Of a stretch of 64,000 nt of DNA, positions 56,508 through 64,000 are shown in pieces. The position numbers and the translations under genes were made by a program. The DNA is from a virus (Duplodnaviria > Heunggongvirae > Uroviricota > Caudoviricetes). The number at the start of each line of letters is the position of its first letter. Position 1 is the first letter of the stretch. A model generated the notes under the pieces. That model had not been told where the DNA came from and made no database searches. It worked only from the letters and a program-made list of their open reading frames with translations. The stretch is from the IMG/VR virus record IMGVR_UViG_3300033143_002710; one strand, given 5' to 3'.

Positions 56508-56584
56508 CGGAGTGTGGCGCAGTCTGGTAGCGCACTTGCTTTGGGAGCATGGGGCCGTAGGTTCAAATCCTACCATTCCGACCA
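56508..56584 (+). tRNA. tRNA-Pro (anticodon TGG), CCA encoded
   Basis: CGGAGTG TG GCGC AGTCTGGTA GCGC A CTTGC TTTGGGA GCATG GGGCC GTAGG TTCAAAT CCTAC CATTCCG A CCA. One T-T mismatch in the anticodon stem. Confidence 0.75.
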
Positions 56585-56599
56585 ATTTGAGTCATTGAT

Positions 56600-57166
56600 A
56601 TGCAAGCCTTAGACTGGATCAATGACATTATGCGCTGGTTCGGCCAGTTTATTCCAGAGTGGGACTTGCTCGATCCGACAGAGGGCGGAGTAAAGTTCAA
56701 ACCTGGCGGTAAGATAGTCTTGCTGAAACCCGGCCATATTTATTGGTTCTGGCCTATTACGACCAATGTTTACACGATTGAGACTAAACGGCAGCCGCTA
56801 GTTATATCTCAGCGACTGACAACGGCTGATGACATTTCTGTATTGGTCGAAACCGTCATCGTATATGTGATTGATGATGTTGAGAAGGCTATCGTCGAAA
56901 CACGCGATCATGAAGATACTATTTCAGAGATCGGCGAGAAGGTCACTGTTAAGCCCGTCATGAGTAGAACTTTTGAGAATATTCGAATTGACATTGCCGA
57001 TTCGAACAAACTCAACAATGAAATCAAGTCCGGCGCTCGTTCTGAGTTGGGTGCTTACGGAGTCAAAGTTGTAGACGGTTACATATCCAGCTTTGCAGAA
57101 ACAAAAGTATTCAGCCATGACGGGTCGGGCATGGTTATAGAGGAAGACGAATATGAAGAAGAGTAA
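56600..57166 (+). CDS. SPFH (band-7/stomatin/prohibitin)-like domain protein
   Basis: The core VKFKPGGKIVLLKPGHIYWFWPITTNVYTIETKRQPLVISQRLTTADDISVLVETVIVY matches the SPFH pattern. Acidic C-terminus. Confidence 0.55.
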   Translation: MQALDWINDIMRWFGQFIPEWDLLDPTEGGVKFKPGGKIVLLKPGHIYWFWPITTNVYTIETKRQPLVISQRLTTADDISVLVETVIVYVIDDVEKAIVETRDHEDTISEIGEKVTVKPVMSRTFENIRIDIADSNKLNNEIKSGARSELGAYGVKVVDGYISSFAETKVFSHDGSGMVIEEDEYEEE

Positions 57167-57497
57167 GCCTTTTTTCACCATTGGTTTGATGATAATTCTA
57201 GGTCTGTCAATCGCAGCTACAGAGGTGTATGGCGAAGAATACTGTTATGTCCCGTATGGCGTAGGCGTCCATCCAGAGTTCGTTGCTGGAACCTCACTGG
57301 TGAAGGTGAATTGGATAGAGGGCGAGCGCGGGATGGAGGCTCAGGCTTCCTACATGTACGACGAGGAAACCAACTCCACAATATGTGTGATAACGGTTCG
57401 TATGCCCGATCAGGTTATTGGCGATCCGGATATGGATTCGTTAGGTCATGAGCTTTTACATTGCTTGACCGGTGACTTTCACGAAGGGGAACACTGA
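57153..57497 (+). CDS. small secreted protein with HExxH motif
   Basis: Signal peptide MKKSKPFFTIGLMIILGLSIAA and a C-terminal HELLHCLTGDFHEGEH. Confidence 0.45.
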   Translation: MKKSKPFFTIGLMIILGLSIAATEVYGEEYCYVPYGVGVHPEFVAGTSLVKVNWIEGERGMEAQASYMYDEETNSTICVITVRMPDQVIGDPDMDSLGHELLHCLTGDFHEGEH

Positions 57498-57748
57498 TGA
57501 AACCTGTTAAATTCCCAGAGGCTAATCGTGAACTTACGAGACCTGATGGAATGACGGAAGAAGAATGTTCGTCGTTATTTGTTTGGTCGGACGATGAACG
57601 CTGTTTAAGTCTTTGGAGACCCACCTGGCGCGAACGATTGAGATTTCTTTTTTACGGAGAGCTATGGCTTTTTGTTTTATCCGGCGATACACAACCGCCA
57701 GTGTCTTTACAGTTTCACTACCCTTTTAAGGTGAAAAATAATGGCTAA
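57497..57748 (+). CDS. hypothetical protein
   Basis: 83-aa ORF. The stop/start reads ATGA. Confidence 0.4.
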   Translation: MKPVKFPEANRELTRPDGMTEEECSSLFVWSDDERCLSLWRPTWRERLRFLFYGELWLFVLSGDTQPPVSLQFHYPFKVKNNG

Positions 57749-57944
57749 GGTTCGATTCGAAATGGAAGTTGAGGTCATGCGACTCTACACGGTGCCTATT
57801 ATGGCAGAAGATTTAGAGGGTGCAATCGTACAGGCCAAGAAGATAAACACGACTGTTCAAATAGAGGCTTTGGGTGAGCCTCAGGATCACGAGATCAATT
57901 TGGTGGGCATCTCACGCCAGGTCGGTCGGAAGATGTACCAATGA
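57741..57944 (+). CDS. hypothetical protein
   Basis: 67-aa ORF. Confidence 0.4.
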   Translation: MAKVRFEMEVEVMRLYTVPIMAEDLEGAIVQAKKINTTVQIEALGEPQDHEINLVGISRQVGRKMYQ

Positions 57945-58255
57945 AAATGGCGGCCGTTCTTCTGTCTTTATTTTTGGTCGTAGGATGCGCCAGCGAAAAA
58001 GTCAGACCTTTTGGGTCACTTGGTCTCGGATATCAAGCTGAAGGCTCGACGGATCATGTTTTACAGCGTGATCGTGAATGGCAGTGCAAAAGATGGCAGC
58101 AAGCCTGGATCGAAATAGGGGCAGAATTTAGAAACGGATGCTCAATTTCGCTGCTGCACCAATCATGGTATTTATGTGGATCGCCGTTCAATGAGCGACC
58201 AGAAGTTGACATGAATACCTTTGTTGGCAAATGCAAGATTGGAGGGTTCAAATAA
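57941..58255 (+). CDS. lipoprotein (possible superinfection-exclusion type)
   Basis: Lipobox LFLVVGC after a signal peptide. Confidence 0.5.
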   Translation: MKMAAVLLSLFLVVGCASEKVRPFGSLGLGYQAEGSTDHVLQRDREWQCKRWQQAWIEIGAEFRNGCSISLLHQSWYLCGSPFNERPEVDMNTFVGKCKIGGFK

Positions 58256-58262
58256 TAGTCTC

Positions 58263-58700
58263 ATGCCAATAGCCAATTACACAACTTCGATTAAAACCGA
58301 AAAAACTGTTGGTGAAATACAGAAGATGCTTGCTACCGCAGGAGCGGCACAAGTGCTATTTGATTTCGACGGGCCGAATGTATCAGCAATTTCATTTCGT
58401 TTGCTTTACAATGGCACGATGGTCTCTTTTAGACTACCTGCAAATGTTGATAATATTTACGTGGTGCTTCAGCGCGACGACGGTGTTCCTCGCAAACTGA
58501 AAACTACGGAGCAAGCTACTCGAGTAGCCTGGCGAATCATCAAAGACTGGCTACGGGCGCAACTTGCTATCGTTGAAGCAGAACAAGCTGAGATGATCGA
58601 AGTGTTTTTGCCTTACGCTCAGAATCCAACCACTGGTCAAACCTTATTTCGTGAATTTGAACAAGTCGGCTTTAAGTTGCTGGCAGCACCCGATTCGTAA
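58263..58700 (+). CDS. hypothetical protein
   Basis: ATG at 58263 (MPIANY...). Confidence 0.45.
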   Translation: MPIANYTTSIKTEKTVGEIQKMLATAGAAQVLFDFDGPNVSAISFRLLYNGTMVSFRLPANVDNIYVVLQRDDGVPRKLKTTEQATRVAWRIIKDWLRAQLAIVEAEQAEMIEVFLPYAQNPTTGQTLFREFEQVGFKLLAAPDS

Positions 58701-58712
58701 GAGGAGAGAAAA

Positions 58713-59300
58713 ATGAAGTCGTACATGAAAGCTCTATATATCGCCAGTTGGATTCCCGTTGTCCTGCTGCACACGTTCCCACTTGTAATGTTGTGGCCGT
58801 TCTTCGATCTGTCAGTGTGGCAGGCGTTCCTTCCTATTGGACTTATGCCGCTTGGTCTTGTCATGGTTCCGTTCGCACTGTCTCGCGATAGCTGGCCGAA
58901 ATATCTTTGGCTCTGGTGTAATGACGAAGAGGGCTGTCCTGATTGGTGGCTTAACGTTGCGGATGGTAAAGGTGGTTTCATTGGCAAGTTTCCGCGTTTT
59001 TGGTGGTACGCCGTGCGAAACCCGGTCAATAACTTTCGATTTATATTCAAGGATCGCACAGCAGAACTCGATACCAACTGGTTCGACCCTAAACCTATGG
59101 AAGCCGCAAATTTGCTGGAAGCTGGCCAAGCTATGGCGTATCGATGGGCATACGCTGGCCCGTTCGCTGGCTATCGTCAGGTCTGGCTCAACAGCAGCGA
59201 CAAGTATTCTGAATTCTGGATCGGCTGGAAAGTGAGTTCGATTGTTTCAGGTCTGGGATTCACGTTCCAGTATCGTCGCAAAAGGCAGATCGGTCAGTGA
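58713..59300 (+). CDS. Trp-rich integral membrane protein
   Basis: Two N-terminal TM helices and a W-rich body. Confidence 0.5.
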   Translation: MKSYMKALYIASWIPVVLLHTFPLVMLWPFFDLSVWQAFLPIGLMPLGLVMVPFALSRDSWPKYLWLWCNDEEGCPDWWLNVADGKGGFIGKFPRFWWYAVRNPVNNFRFIFKDRTAELDTNWFDPKPMEAANLLEAGQAMAYRWAYAGPFAGYRQVWLNSSDKYSEFWIGWKVSSIVSGLGFTFQYRRKRQIGQ

Positions 59301-59302
59301 TA

Positions 59303-59437
59303 ATGTCCATCATTGGTCATCTGCTTGCGGTCTTGGTAATCTACGTTATCGGCTATGCCATTGGGTGGGCACATGCATTCAGTTACTCGGATCATCTGAG
59401 CAATTTGCGCGATCCAGAGGCTGGTGATCGGTGGTGA
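59303..59437 (+). CDS. small membrane protein (44 aa, below the track size cut-off)
   Basis: Manual translation MSIIGHLLAVLVIYVIGYAIGWAHAFSYSDHLSNLRDPEAGDRW. Confidence 0.35.
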   Translation: MSIIGHLLAVLVIYVIGYAIGWAHAFSYSDHLSNLRDPEAGDRW

Positions 59438-59814
59438 CTACAACGCTCGAGGGCCTTTTGAGAATGACCGTTCCAATCGGCCCTGGTTGTGTTGCGCCTG
59501 AAGACACTCAGATGACACCCGACTTTCGTATTGCTGTCCAGGAAATTGATAGTGGAGGGGTGCGGGTCATCATTCACTCTTCTGGCCACGATAGCGACAC
59601 GCTGGACTTTATTGTCATTGGCAATAAACTGTTGACCCTGGAGCAGCACGAACGTAGGAAAATACTCATAGAGAGCAGGGTCATTTTGCAAAGCGCCCTG
59701 TCGATTGCTTCTCGAGAAGGCAAAGACACCAATTGGTCTGCTTTCGGGAATCGATTGAGAGTAACCTTGGAATCTCAAAGTAAACAGTTAAAGGAGATAT
59801 TGCCAGATGGCTAG
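59431..59814 (+). CDS. hypothetical protein
   Basis: 127-aa ORF, preferred over the antisense ORF 59392..59778. Confidence 0.45.
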   Translation: MVTTTLEGLLRMTVPIGPGCVAPEDTQMTPDFRIAVQEIDSGGVRVIIHSSGHDSDTLDFIVIGNKLLTLEQHERRKILIESRVILQSALSIASREGKDTNWSAFGNRLRVTLESQSKQLKEILPDG

Positions 59815-60010
59815 ATCATTCGAACTTGACGACGAGGCTCATGCTTTGGCGGAGCGATTCATAGTCGATCACACCTGCTCTGTTGATTATGCCGGGGCCA
59901 TTGGTGGTAAAATCTCCTATGAATTCACAGAAACAAGTATGGGCCTTATAACCGAGGTAAAATGCAGTTGTGGTGATAGCCAGAACTTGACGGATTACGG
60001 TCAATGGTAG
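59807..60010 (+). CDS. hypothetical small Cys-containing protein
   Basis: 67-aa ORF. Confidence 0.4.
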   Translation: MARSFELDDEAHALAERFIVDHTCSVDYAGAIGGKISYEFTETSMGLITEVKCSCGDSQNLTDYGQW

Positions 60011-60426
60011 ACTCAATGAAAATCGTCATGGAGTTCCCGCCCAACATTGAGGACATACGAAAAGTTCTCCCGTTGAAGGGTGGTGAAATCTTTGCTTGGA
60101 ATGACACAATCTACAGCCCCATGACCTCTAAATTACCACCGTGGATGATCGTACATGAAGAGGTCCATCGAAAGCAACAGGCTGGAAATCCCGAAGGCTG
60201 GTGGGCCAAATATCTGATAGACCCAGCGTTTCGCTTTGAGCAGGAACTGGAAGCGCATCAGGCGGAGTATTTAGCCTTTTGTTCGATAGAGACTGATCGT
60301 AATCGTAAGCGGGTATTTCTGAAAGGAATTGCACGAAGACTGTCGGCACCAATGTACGGTCGAGTAGCGTCTTTTGAAAAATCCAAAAGACTCATCAAAA
60401 AACCCAAAAAAGGACCAGCATCATGA
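60004..60426 (+). CDS. hypothetical protein with HEEVH motif (possible zincin-like)
   Basis: WMIVHEEVHRKQ. The motif alone is weak evidence. Confidence 0.45.
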   Translation: MVDSMKIVMEFPPNIEDIRKVLPLKGGEIFAWNDTIYSPMTSKLPPWMIVHEEVHRKQQAGNPEGWWAKYLIDPAFRFEQELEAHQAEYLAFCSIETDRNRKRVFLKGIARRLSAPMYGRVASFEKSKRLIKKPKKGPAS

Positions 60427-60668
60427 AAAAGAGTAAACGTAATTTCACCGAGAAAAGCATCCCCGAAGGTATAACTGCCTGGTATCATCACATTCGAGAT
60501 AAAAATCGAGTCATCTTCGAAACCACCTGTGATCTGATCGACAGTGTTTCCGGCGAAACCCTGGTAACAGGTCATGCTCGAGTGTCACCCAGAGATAACC
60601 CTTCCAAAAAGATCGGTCGAGCAATCTCTCTTGGTAGGGCGCTCAAACTGTATCACCTGGGGAACTGA
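60423..60668 (+). CDS. hypothetical basic protein
   Basis: 81-aa ORF. Confidence 0.4.
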   Translation: MKKSKRNFTEKSIPEGITAWYHHIRDKNRVIFETTCDLIDSVSGETLVTGHARVSPRDNPSKKIGRAISLGRALKLYHLGN

Positions 60669-60669
60669 C

Positions 60670-60822
60670 ATGAGCAACACGGTTGTTTGTTTATTGGTGT
60701 TGGTACTTCTGATTCGGCTCGACACAGCTTACATCAAGGAAGATGGCCCCGCTGCATGGTGGGTTTTCTCGTTTGCTCTGTTAATTGCGGTGATTACGGA
60801 TTTATTCAGGATGGCTATATGA
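60670..60822 (+). CDS. small two-TM membrane protein
   Basis: ATG at 60670. MSNTVVCLLVLVLLIRL...WWVFSFALLIAVITDLF. Confidence 0.4.
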   Translation: MSNTVVCLLVLVLLIRLDTAYIKEDGPAAWWVFSFALLIAVITDLFRMAI

Positions 60823-61058
60823 GCAAATTCATCAAATTCAGCAGACCCAGGAAGTCGAAAAGCAAAAAGACTCAAATATGGCGGGTGCTAACCAACGACG
60901 ACAGTCTGCTAGGTGAGATTCGCTGGTTTAGTCGCTGGCGCAGATACGCTTTCCATCCTGACGTTTACACGGTGTTCGAGCATGACTGTCTGCGAAAGAT
61001 TGCAGACTTCTGTGAGGACGAATCAAAGAAACTTCGCAAGACTTGGAGAAAAAAGTAA
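60819..61058 (+). CDS. hypothetical basic protein
   Basis: ATGA overlap with the preceding gene. MSKFIKFSRPRKSKSKK... Confidence 0.45.
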   Translation: MSKFIKFSRPRKSKSKKTQIWRVLTNDDSLLGEIRWFSRWRRYAFHPDVYTVFEHDCLRKIADFCEDESKKLRKTWRKK

Positions 61059-61279
61059 TGGACGAAAACGAACGAATGCTCGTACAAACAATGTCGGCAG
61101 TATCCCATCTCATCGAATTCCTTGATACGGGAGAACCCGTCGACCTGGCCACCGCCTTTGCAATGTTGAAAACCCCGGACATGACCAAATGGCTGGAATT
61201 CAATTCAGTGATGTTACCGCTTCGCCGCGATAGAAAGTCTTTGCTCAAGCGGCTGGCTGAAAGCAATAGTGTCGAATGA
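61043..61279 (+). CDS. hypothetical protein
   Basis: 78-aa ORF. Confidence 0.4.
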   Translation: MEKKVMDENERMLVQTMSAVSHLIEFLDTGEPVDLATAFAMLKTPDMTKWLEFNSVMLPLRRDRKSLLKRLAESNSVE

Positions 61280-61464
61280 ATAATCGAATAATTGAACAGG
61301 GCGTTAAAAATCTAAAGGAATTCGGCTATCCAGGTGTGAACGCTGATAATATTCTAACCGACATGATCTATAGCGAATTCTTCAGGTCAATGTTGAAAGA
61401 CAATCTCGGCCACTCAGCTAAGGTGGATATAGATATCAATGAGATTCTGGCGGCGTTGCCGTAG
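61276..61464 (+). CDS. hypothetical protein
   Basis: 62-aa ORF. Confidence 0.4.
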   Translation: MNNRIIEQGVKNLKEFGYPGVNADNILTDMIYSEFFRSMLKDNLGHSAKVDIDINEILAALP

Positions 61465-61479
61465 CGTCCGGAAGTATAA

Positions 61480-62229
61480 GTGCTTGGCGAACGTGTAATT
61501 TCCTGGTTTTCCTGTGGCGCAGCCAGTGCGGTAGCATCCAAACTCGCCATACAAGAATATGACGCCGTTGAAGTGATCTATCAGGAGACTCACTCGGAAC
61601 ACCCAGACAACGAACGATTTCTGGTCGATTGTGAACAATGGTTCAAACAGCCTATTATTCGACTGGCATCTGATCGTTATCATGATATCTGGGATGTATT
61701 CGAAAGGCGTCGATATCTTTCAGGCACTAATGGCGCTCTTTGCACTTCCGAACTCAAACGCATGGTTGCCGAGAAATACATCAGACACGGCATAGACCTC
61801 GAGATATTTGGCTATACGGTTGAGGAGCGAGATCGAGTCATTCGTTTTTGCAAAAACAACCCAGAAAGACGAATACGTGCCGTTCTTCTGGAACGAGGTT
61901 TAACCAAAGAAGACTGTCTTGGAATAGTCAATAAGGCAAATATTGAAATCCCCGTCATGTATAGGCTGGGCTATAATCACAATAATTGCATAGGATGCGT
62001 AAAAGCGGGATTCGGTTACTGGAACAAAATCAGAGTAGATTTCCCCGACACGTTTGATCGTATGGCCAGGTTGGAGCGCAAACTGAATATGGCCATCTGT
62101 AAATCTGACAGAAAGGGTGACAAGAGCAAGCCTGTATTTCTAGATGAACTAGACCCCAATAGAGGGCATCATCCTACAGAGCCAAAGATAAGCTGCGGCA
62201 TCATGTGTGAGTCAGAATTCGTTGAGTAG
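61480..62229 (+). CDS. PAPS reductase-family (PP-loop ATP pyrophosphatase, CysH/DndC-like) protein
   Basis: N-terminal PP-loop variant ISWFSCGAASAV and downstream CIGC. GTG start. Confidence 0.65.
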   Translation: MLGERVISWFSCGAASAVASKLAIQEYDAVEVIYQETHSEHPDNERFLVDCEQWFKQPIIRLASDRYHDIWDVFERRRYLSGTNGALCTSELKRMVAEKYIRHGIDLEIFGYTVEERDRVIRFCKNNPERRIRAVLLERGLTKEDCLGIVNKANIEIPVMYRLGYNHNNCIGCVKAGFGYWNKIRVDFPDTFDRMARLERKLNMAICKSDRKGDKSKPVFLDELDPNRGHHPTEPKISCGIMCESEFVE

Positions 62230-62404
62230 AAATGGAAGGTAGTATAAGGACTATTTTCTCATAGGTGCGGTAGTATAAGAGTGGTGCCAAAAGTTGCTCG
62301 ATGTATTGTAGGCATGGTGTAGCCGATGATGGCCACGCTCTAAGATACACGACATTGGCATGGTTTTTGTTGCGAATCATTCTCATTTGAATAATCTCCA
62401 GCGC

Positions 62405-62445
62405 ATGGGCAAAAAAAATCAGCGCCCAGAATTGGACGCTGATTT
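62405..62445 (-). terminator. rho-independent terminator (effectively bidirectional) between convergent gene blocks
   Basis: TCAGCG-12nt-CGCTGA stem. The minus strand follows with TTTTTTTT, the plus strand with TTTCGTT. Confidence 0.7.
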
Positions 62446-62463
62446 CGTTCGCTTTGGATCAGT

Positions 62464-63237
62464 CTAGAATCCAGCGTCACCAAAGAGCGTGACACGGAGC
62501 GCCAAATATACATCGCTCTCGCGATCCACGTATATTTTGCGCTCGTTTCCAGCATTGGTTCCAGCGCCCAAGACTTGCAACAGATTCGCACTTGTCGTTC
62601 GTTGGGTGCTTGCTGTAGCTGCGCTCTTGTACAGTTGGGCTTCCATGAGTCGAGACTTAAGATCGACGTCACAGTCAACTGTCAGAGCGTCTAGACGAGT
62701 CTTGTGCGACTGGTACACGCTATAAATAAGCTCATTGTCTACAGTGTCGACGTTTAAGACTTCGCAAGCGACGATGATCGAGACAAGATACTTATTTTTA
62801 TTCCATGCTGTACGTGGGTCGCCACTGAGAAGCCAACCAGCGAGTGCCAGTAACTTATCTTGTGCTTTGAGTGCCAAGTAGTCATTGCCACTGCGCTGCG
62901 CGCCAGTCTTAGAAGCGAATCCCCAGACGCGTGAGACTGCTTCAGATGGCTTTGAGAAGCCAAAAGACTGAAACATAGCCAAGAGCATGGCCATGCACTG
63001 GCGACTGTTCCACATGCTTACAGTGCGTTTGACGTCGCTTCCAGTTGGTGTGGGATGATTTTCAACCAGTGCAGCTAAGTGCTTAGCTGCACTCTTGATG
63101 GCGCTCGTGATATGACTCTTTGAGACTTGAGCGATGGACGCCAGTGCCACTGCGCCCATGCGCTCTTTGACATGCTTCGAATCAATAGACGAAACGTCTG
63201 TGATTCGTGGTGCGTTAAATTTCGATTGGTTAGTCAT
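62464..63237 (-). CDS. hypothetical protein with HTH-like segment (possible regulator or replication-initiator-like)
   Basis: 257-aa lone minus-strand gene. LASIAQVSKSHITSAIK is HTH-like. It lies adjacent to an iteron/palindrome-rich non-coding region. Confidence 0.5.
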   Translation of the reverse strand: MTNQSKFNAPRITDVSSIDSKHVKERMGAVALASIAQVSKSHITSAIKSAAKHLAALVENHPTPTGSDVKRTVSMWNSRQCMAMLLAMFQSFGFSKPSEAVSRVWGFASKTGAQRSGNDYLALKAQDKLLALAGWLLSGDPRTAWNKNKYLVSIIVACEVLNVDTVDNELIYSVYQSHKTRLDALTVDCDVDLKSRLMEAQLYKSAATASTQRTTSANLLQVLGAGTNAGNERKIYVDRESDVYLALRVTLFGDAGF

Positions 63238-63379
63238 GATTTTTTAACTCCAGAATTATGCTGTTATCGAACCAGCGACTCTCAGAGAACACGCGCCACA
63301 AGCCAATGCAATCGCGATTCTCTTATACGCTGGAAAAATCTCATTCGAATGGGATTATTTTCGCTCCCAAGTGATTGAT

Positions 63380-63720
63380 TCTATTAAGAAAAGAAAAATA
63401 AATGAAAATAATCAAAAATAATTCAAAAACGCCAAAAAATGGCCCAAAAATCACCGATCTGCGCACTTCTAAATGAGGGTAATTCGCATCAAGAATCGTG
63501 CCAAGTCCGACCAGTCAAAAGTTGGCACGATTCTTGATGAGAATGATCCGCATCGGCCCGACCAGCGAGCCAGGCTCGGATGAGAATCATTTCCCTCCTA
63601 GGACGCGAATCATCCGTATCCGCATCGGGCCGAGCCGCGCCTAGGAAACGGCCAAATGAGAAGGATTCTCATTTGCGTCCTGCCCCCGTTCCTATAGTAA
63701 AGGGAGCCTTTCCCCTATAG
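63380..63720. repeat. non-coding A-rich tract plus iteron-like direct repeats and palindromes
   Basis: A-rich run 63380..63450. A perfect 17-bp inverted repeat ATCAAGAATCGTGCCAA/TTGGCACGATTCTTGAT at 63487..63537. Direct repeats CCGACCAG x3, TCCGCATCGG x2, ATGAGAA x3. Palindrome ATGAGAAggaTTCTCAT. Three CCTAGG sites. Confidence 0.7.
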
Positions 63721-63821
63721 GATTCAGCCGAGCCGTTTTCTTAGGATTTGCCGAGAGAAATTCCTAGGCAGCGGAAGTCCGGCAAATAGGTCGGACTCGA
63801 GAGCCCGACCAGTTGATTTGC

Positions 63822-64000
63822 CTACTTCTGAATGACCAGCCCGACAGGTGGCAGAATCCACCAGTCCCACGTTCCTTCGTCCAGTCCAGACGTATATTGC
63901 CCTATGCAAAAGCAGACCCATTTCGTAGGGTGGCGGTAGCTGACGAACTTGCACTCCGCTCCGGTCCAGACTTCAACGCCTCCATCAACGTGAACCGTGA
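63822..64000 (-). CDS. possible C-terminal fragment of a gene entering from beyond the window end
   Basis: Open minus-strand frame from the window edge to the TAG at 63824..63822 (...VHVDGGVEVWTGAECKFVSYRHPTKWVCFCIGQYTSGLDEGTWDWWILPPVGLVIQK). Confidence 0.3.
   Translation of the reverse strand, partial: TVHVDGGVEVWTGAECKFVSYRHPTKWVCFCIGQYTSGLDEGTWDWWILPPVGLVIQK

Noticed and set aside
59392-59778. Minus-strand 128-aa ORF opposite 59431..59814
   Set aside because: The surrounding block is plus-strand with tight stop/start coupling. The minus ORF would be an isolated antisense gene without signals.
57153-60426. Calling the two HExxH-containing proteins metalloproteases outright
   Set aside because: HExxH occurs by chance at roughly the observed frequency in about 20,000 translated residues. 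Without a third ligand and fold support this stays a hypothesis, so both are kept as low-confidence notes only.
63724-63954. 76-aa GTG-start ORF in the terminal repeat region
   Set aside because: It lies within the iteron/palindrome region and a different frame gives the longer edge-running ORF. It is treated as non-coding.
1-64000. Integrase, repressor/Cro switch, CRISPR arrays, rRNA, IS elements, reverse transcriptase (DGR or retron)
   Set aside because: These were searched for by motif (tyrosine recombinase R-H-R-Y, RT YxDD, IS inverted ends, spacer-repeat arrays) and none was found. The window appears to be purely phage structural, replication and accessory DNA.

Overview
The window looks like a contiguous segment of a tailed dsDNA phage genome (or prophage) that infects a Gram-negative host, inferred from the embedded lipoprotein o-spanin and the lambda-like tail-tip genes. 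No integrase, rRNA or CRISPR array is visible.

Positions 1-48736 are transcribed almost entirely on the minus strand. They encode, in order:
- a replication module (CobT-like VWA protein, ATP-dependent DNA ligase, DnaG-type primase, DnaB-type helicase, three tRNAs plus one degenerate tRNA-like element);
- a lysis-associated cluster (calcineurin-like phosphoesterase, i-spanin with embedded o-spanin, two-TM holin-like protein, membrane-anchored PAS protein);
- a lambda-like tail module (fused I-J central fibre of 2462 aa, K-, L- and M-like proteins, tape measure, G/GT chaperones with a GGGAAAA slippery site, major tail protein, U/Z/FII-like proteins);
- a 16-gene block of unknown virion proteins that includes two 22-aa tandem-repeat proteins and a methyltransferase-like protein;
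- a T7-like head and packaging module (major capsid, scaffold with a (DP)n repeat, 516-aa portal, TerL, TerS);
- an unusual cluster of wHTH regulator, GNAT-like protein, small membrane protein, ABC-type ATPase and two ParB/Srx-like proteins.

From about 48.9 kb a divergent plus-strand early/accessory module follows: SF2 helicase, GH24 lysozyme, MazG, sulfotransferase-like protein, RtcB RNA ligase directly abutting tRNA-Asn and tRNA-Pro, SPFH-domain protein, lipoprotein, several small membrane and Zn-ribbon proteins, and a PAPS-reductase-family protein. Past a bidirectional terminator lies a lone HTH-like minus-strand gene, then a 600-bp non-coding region rich in iteron-like repeats and palindromes (candidate ori or pac).

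Most candidate novelty lies in the ParB/ABC/GNAT cluster, the PAS-domain lysis-region protein, the sulfotransferase plus PAPS-reductase pair, the RtcB-tRNA unit, the non-canonical tRNAs, the repeat proteins and the terminal repeat region.
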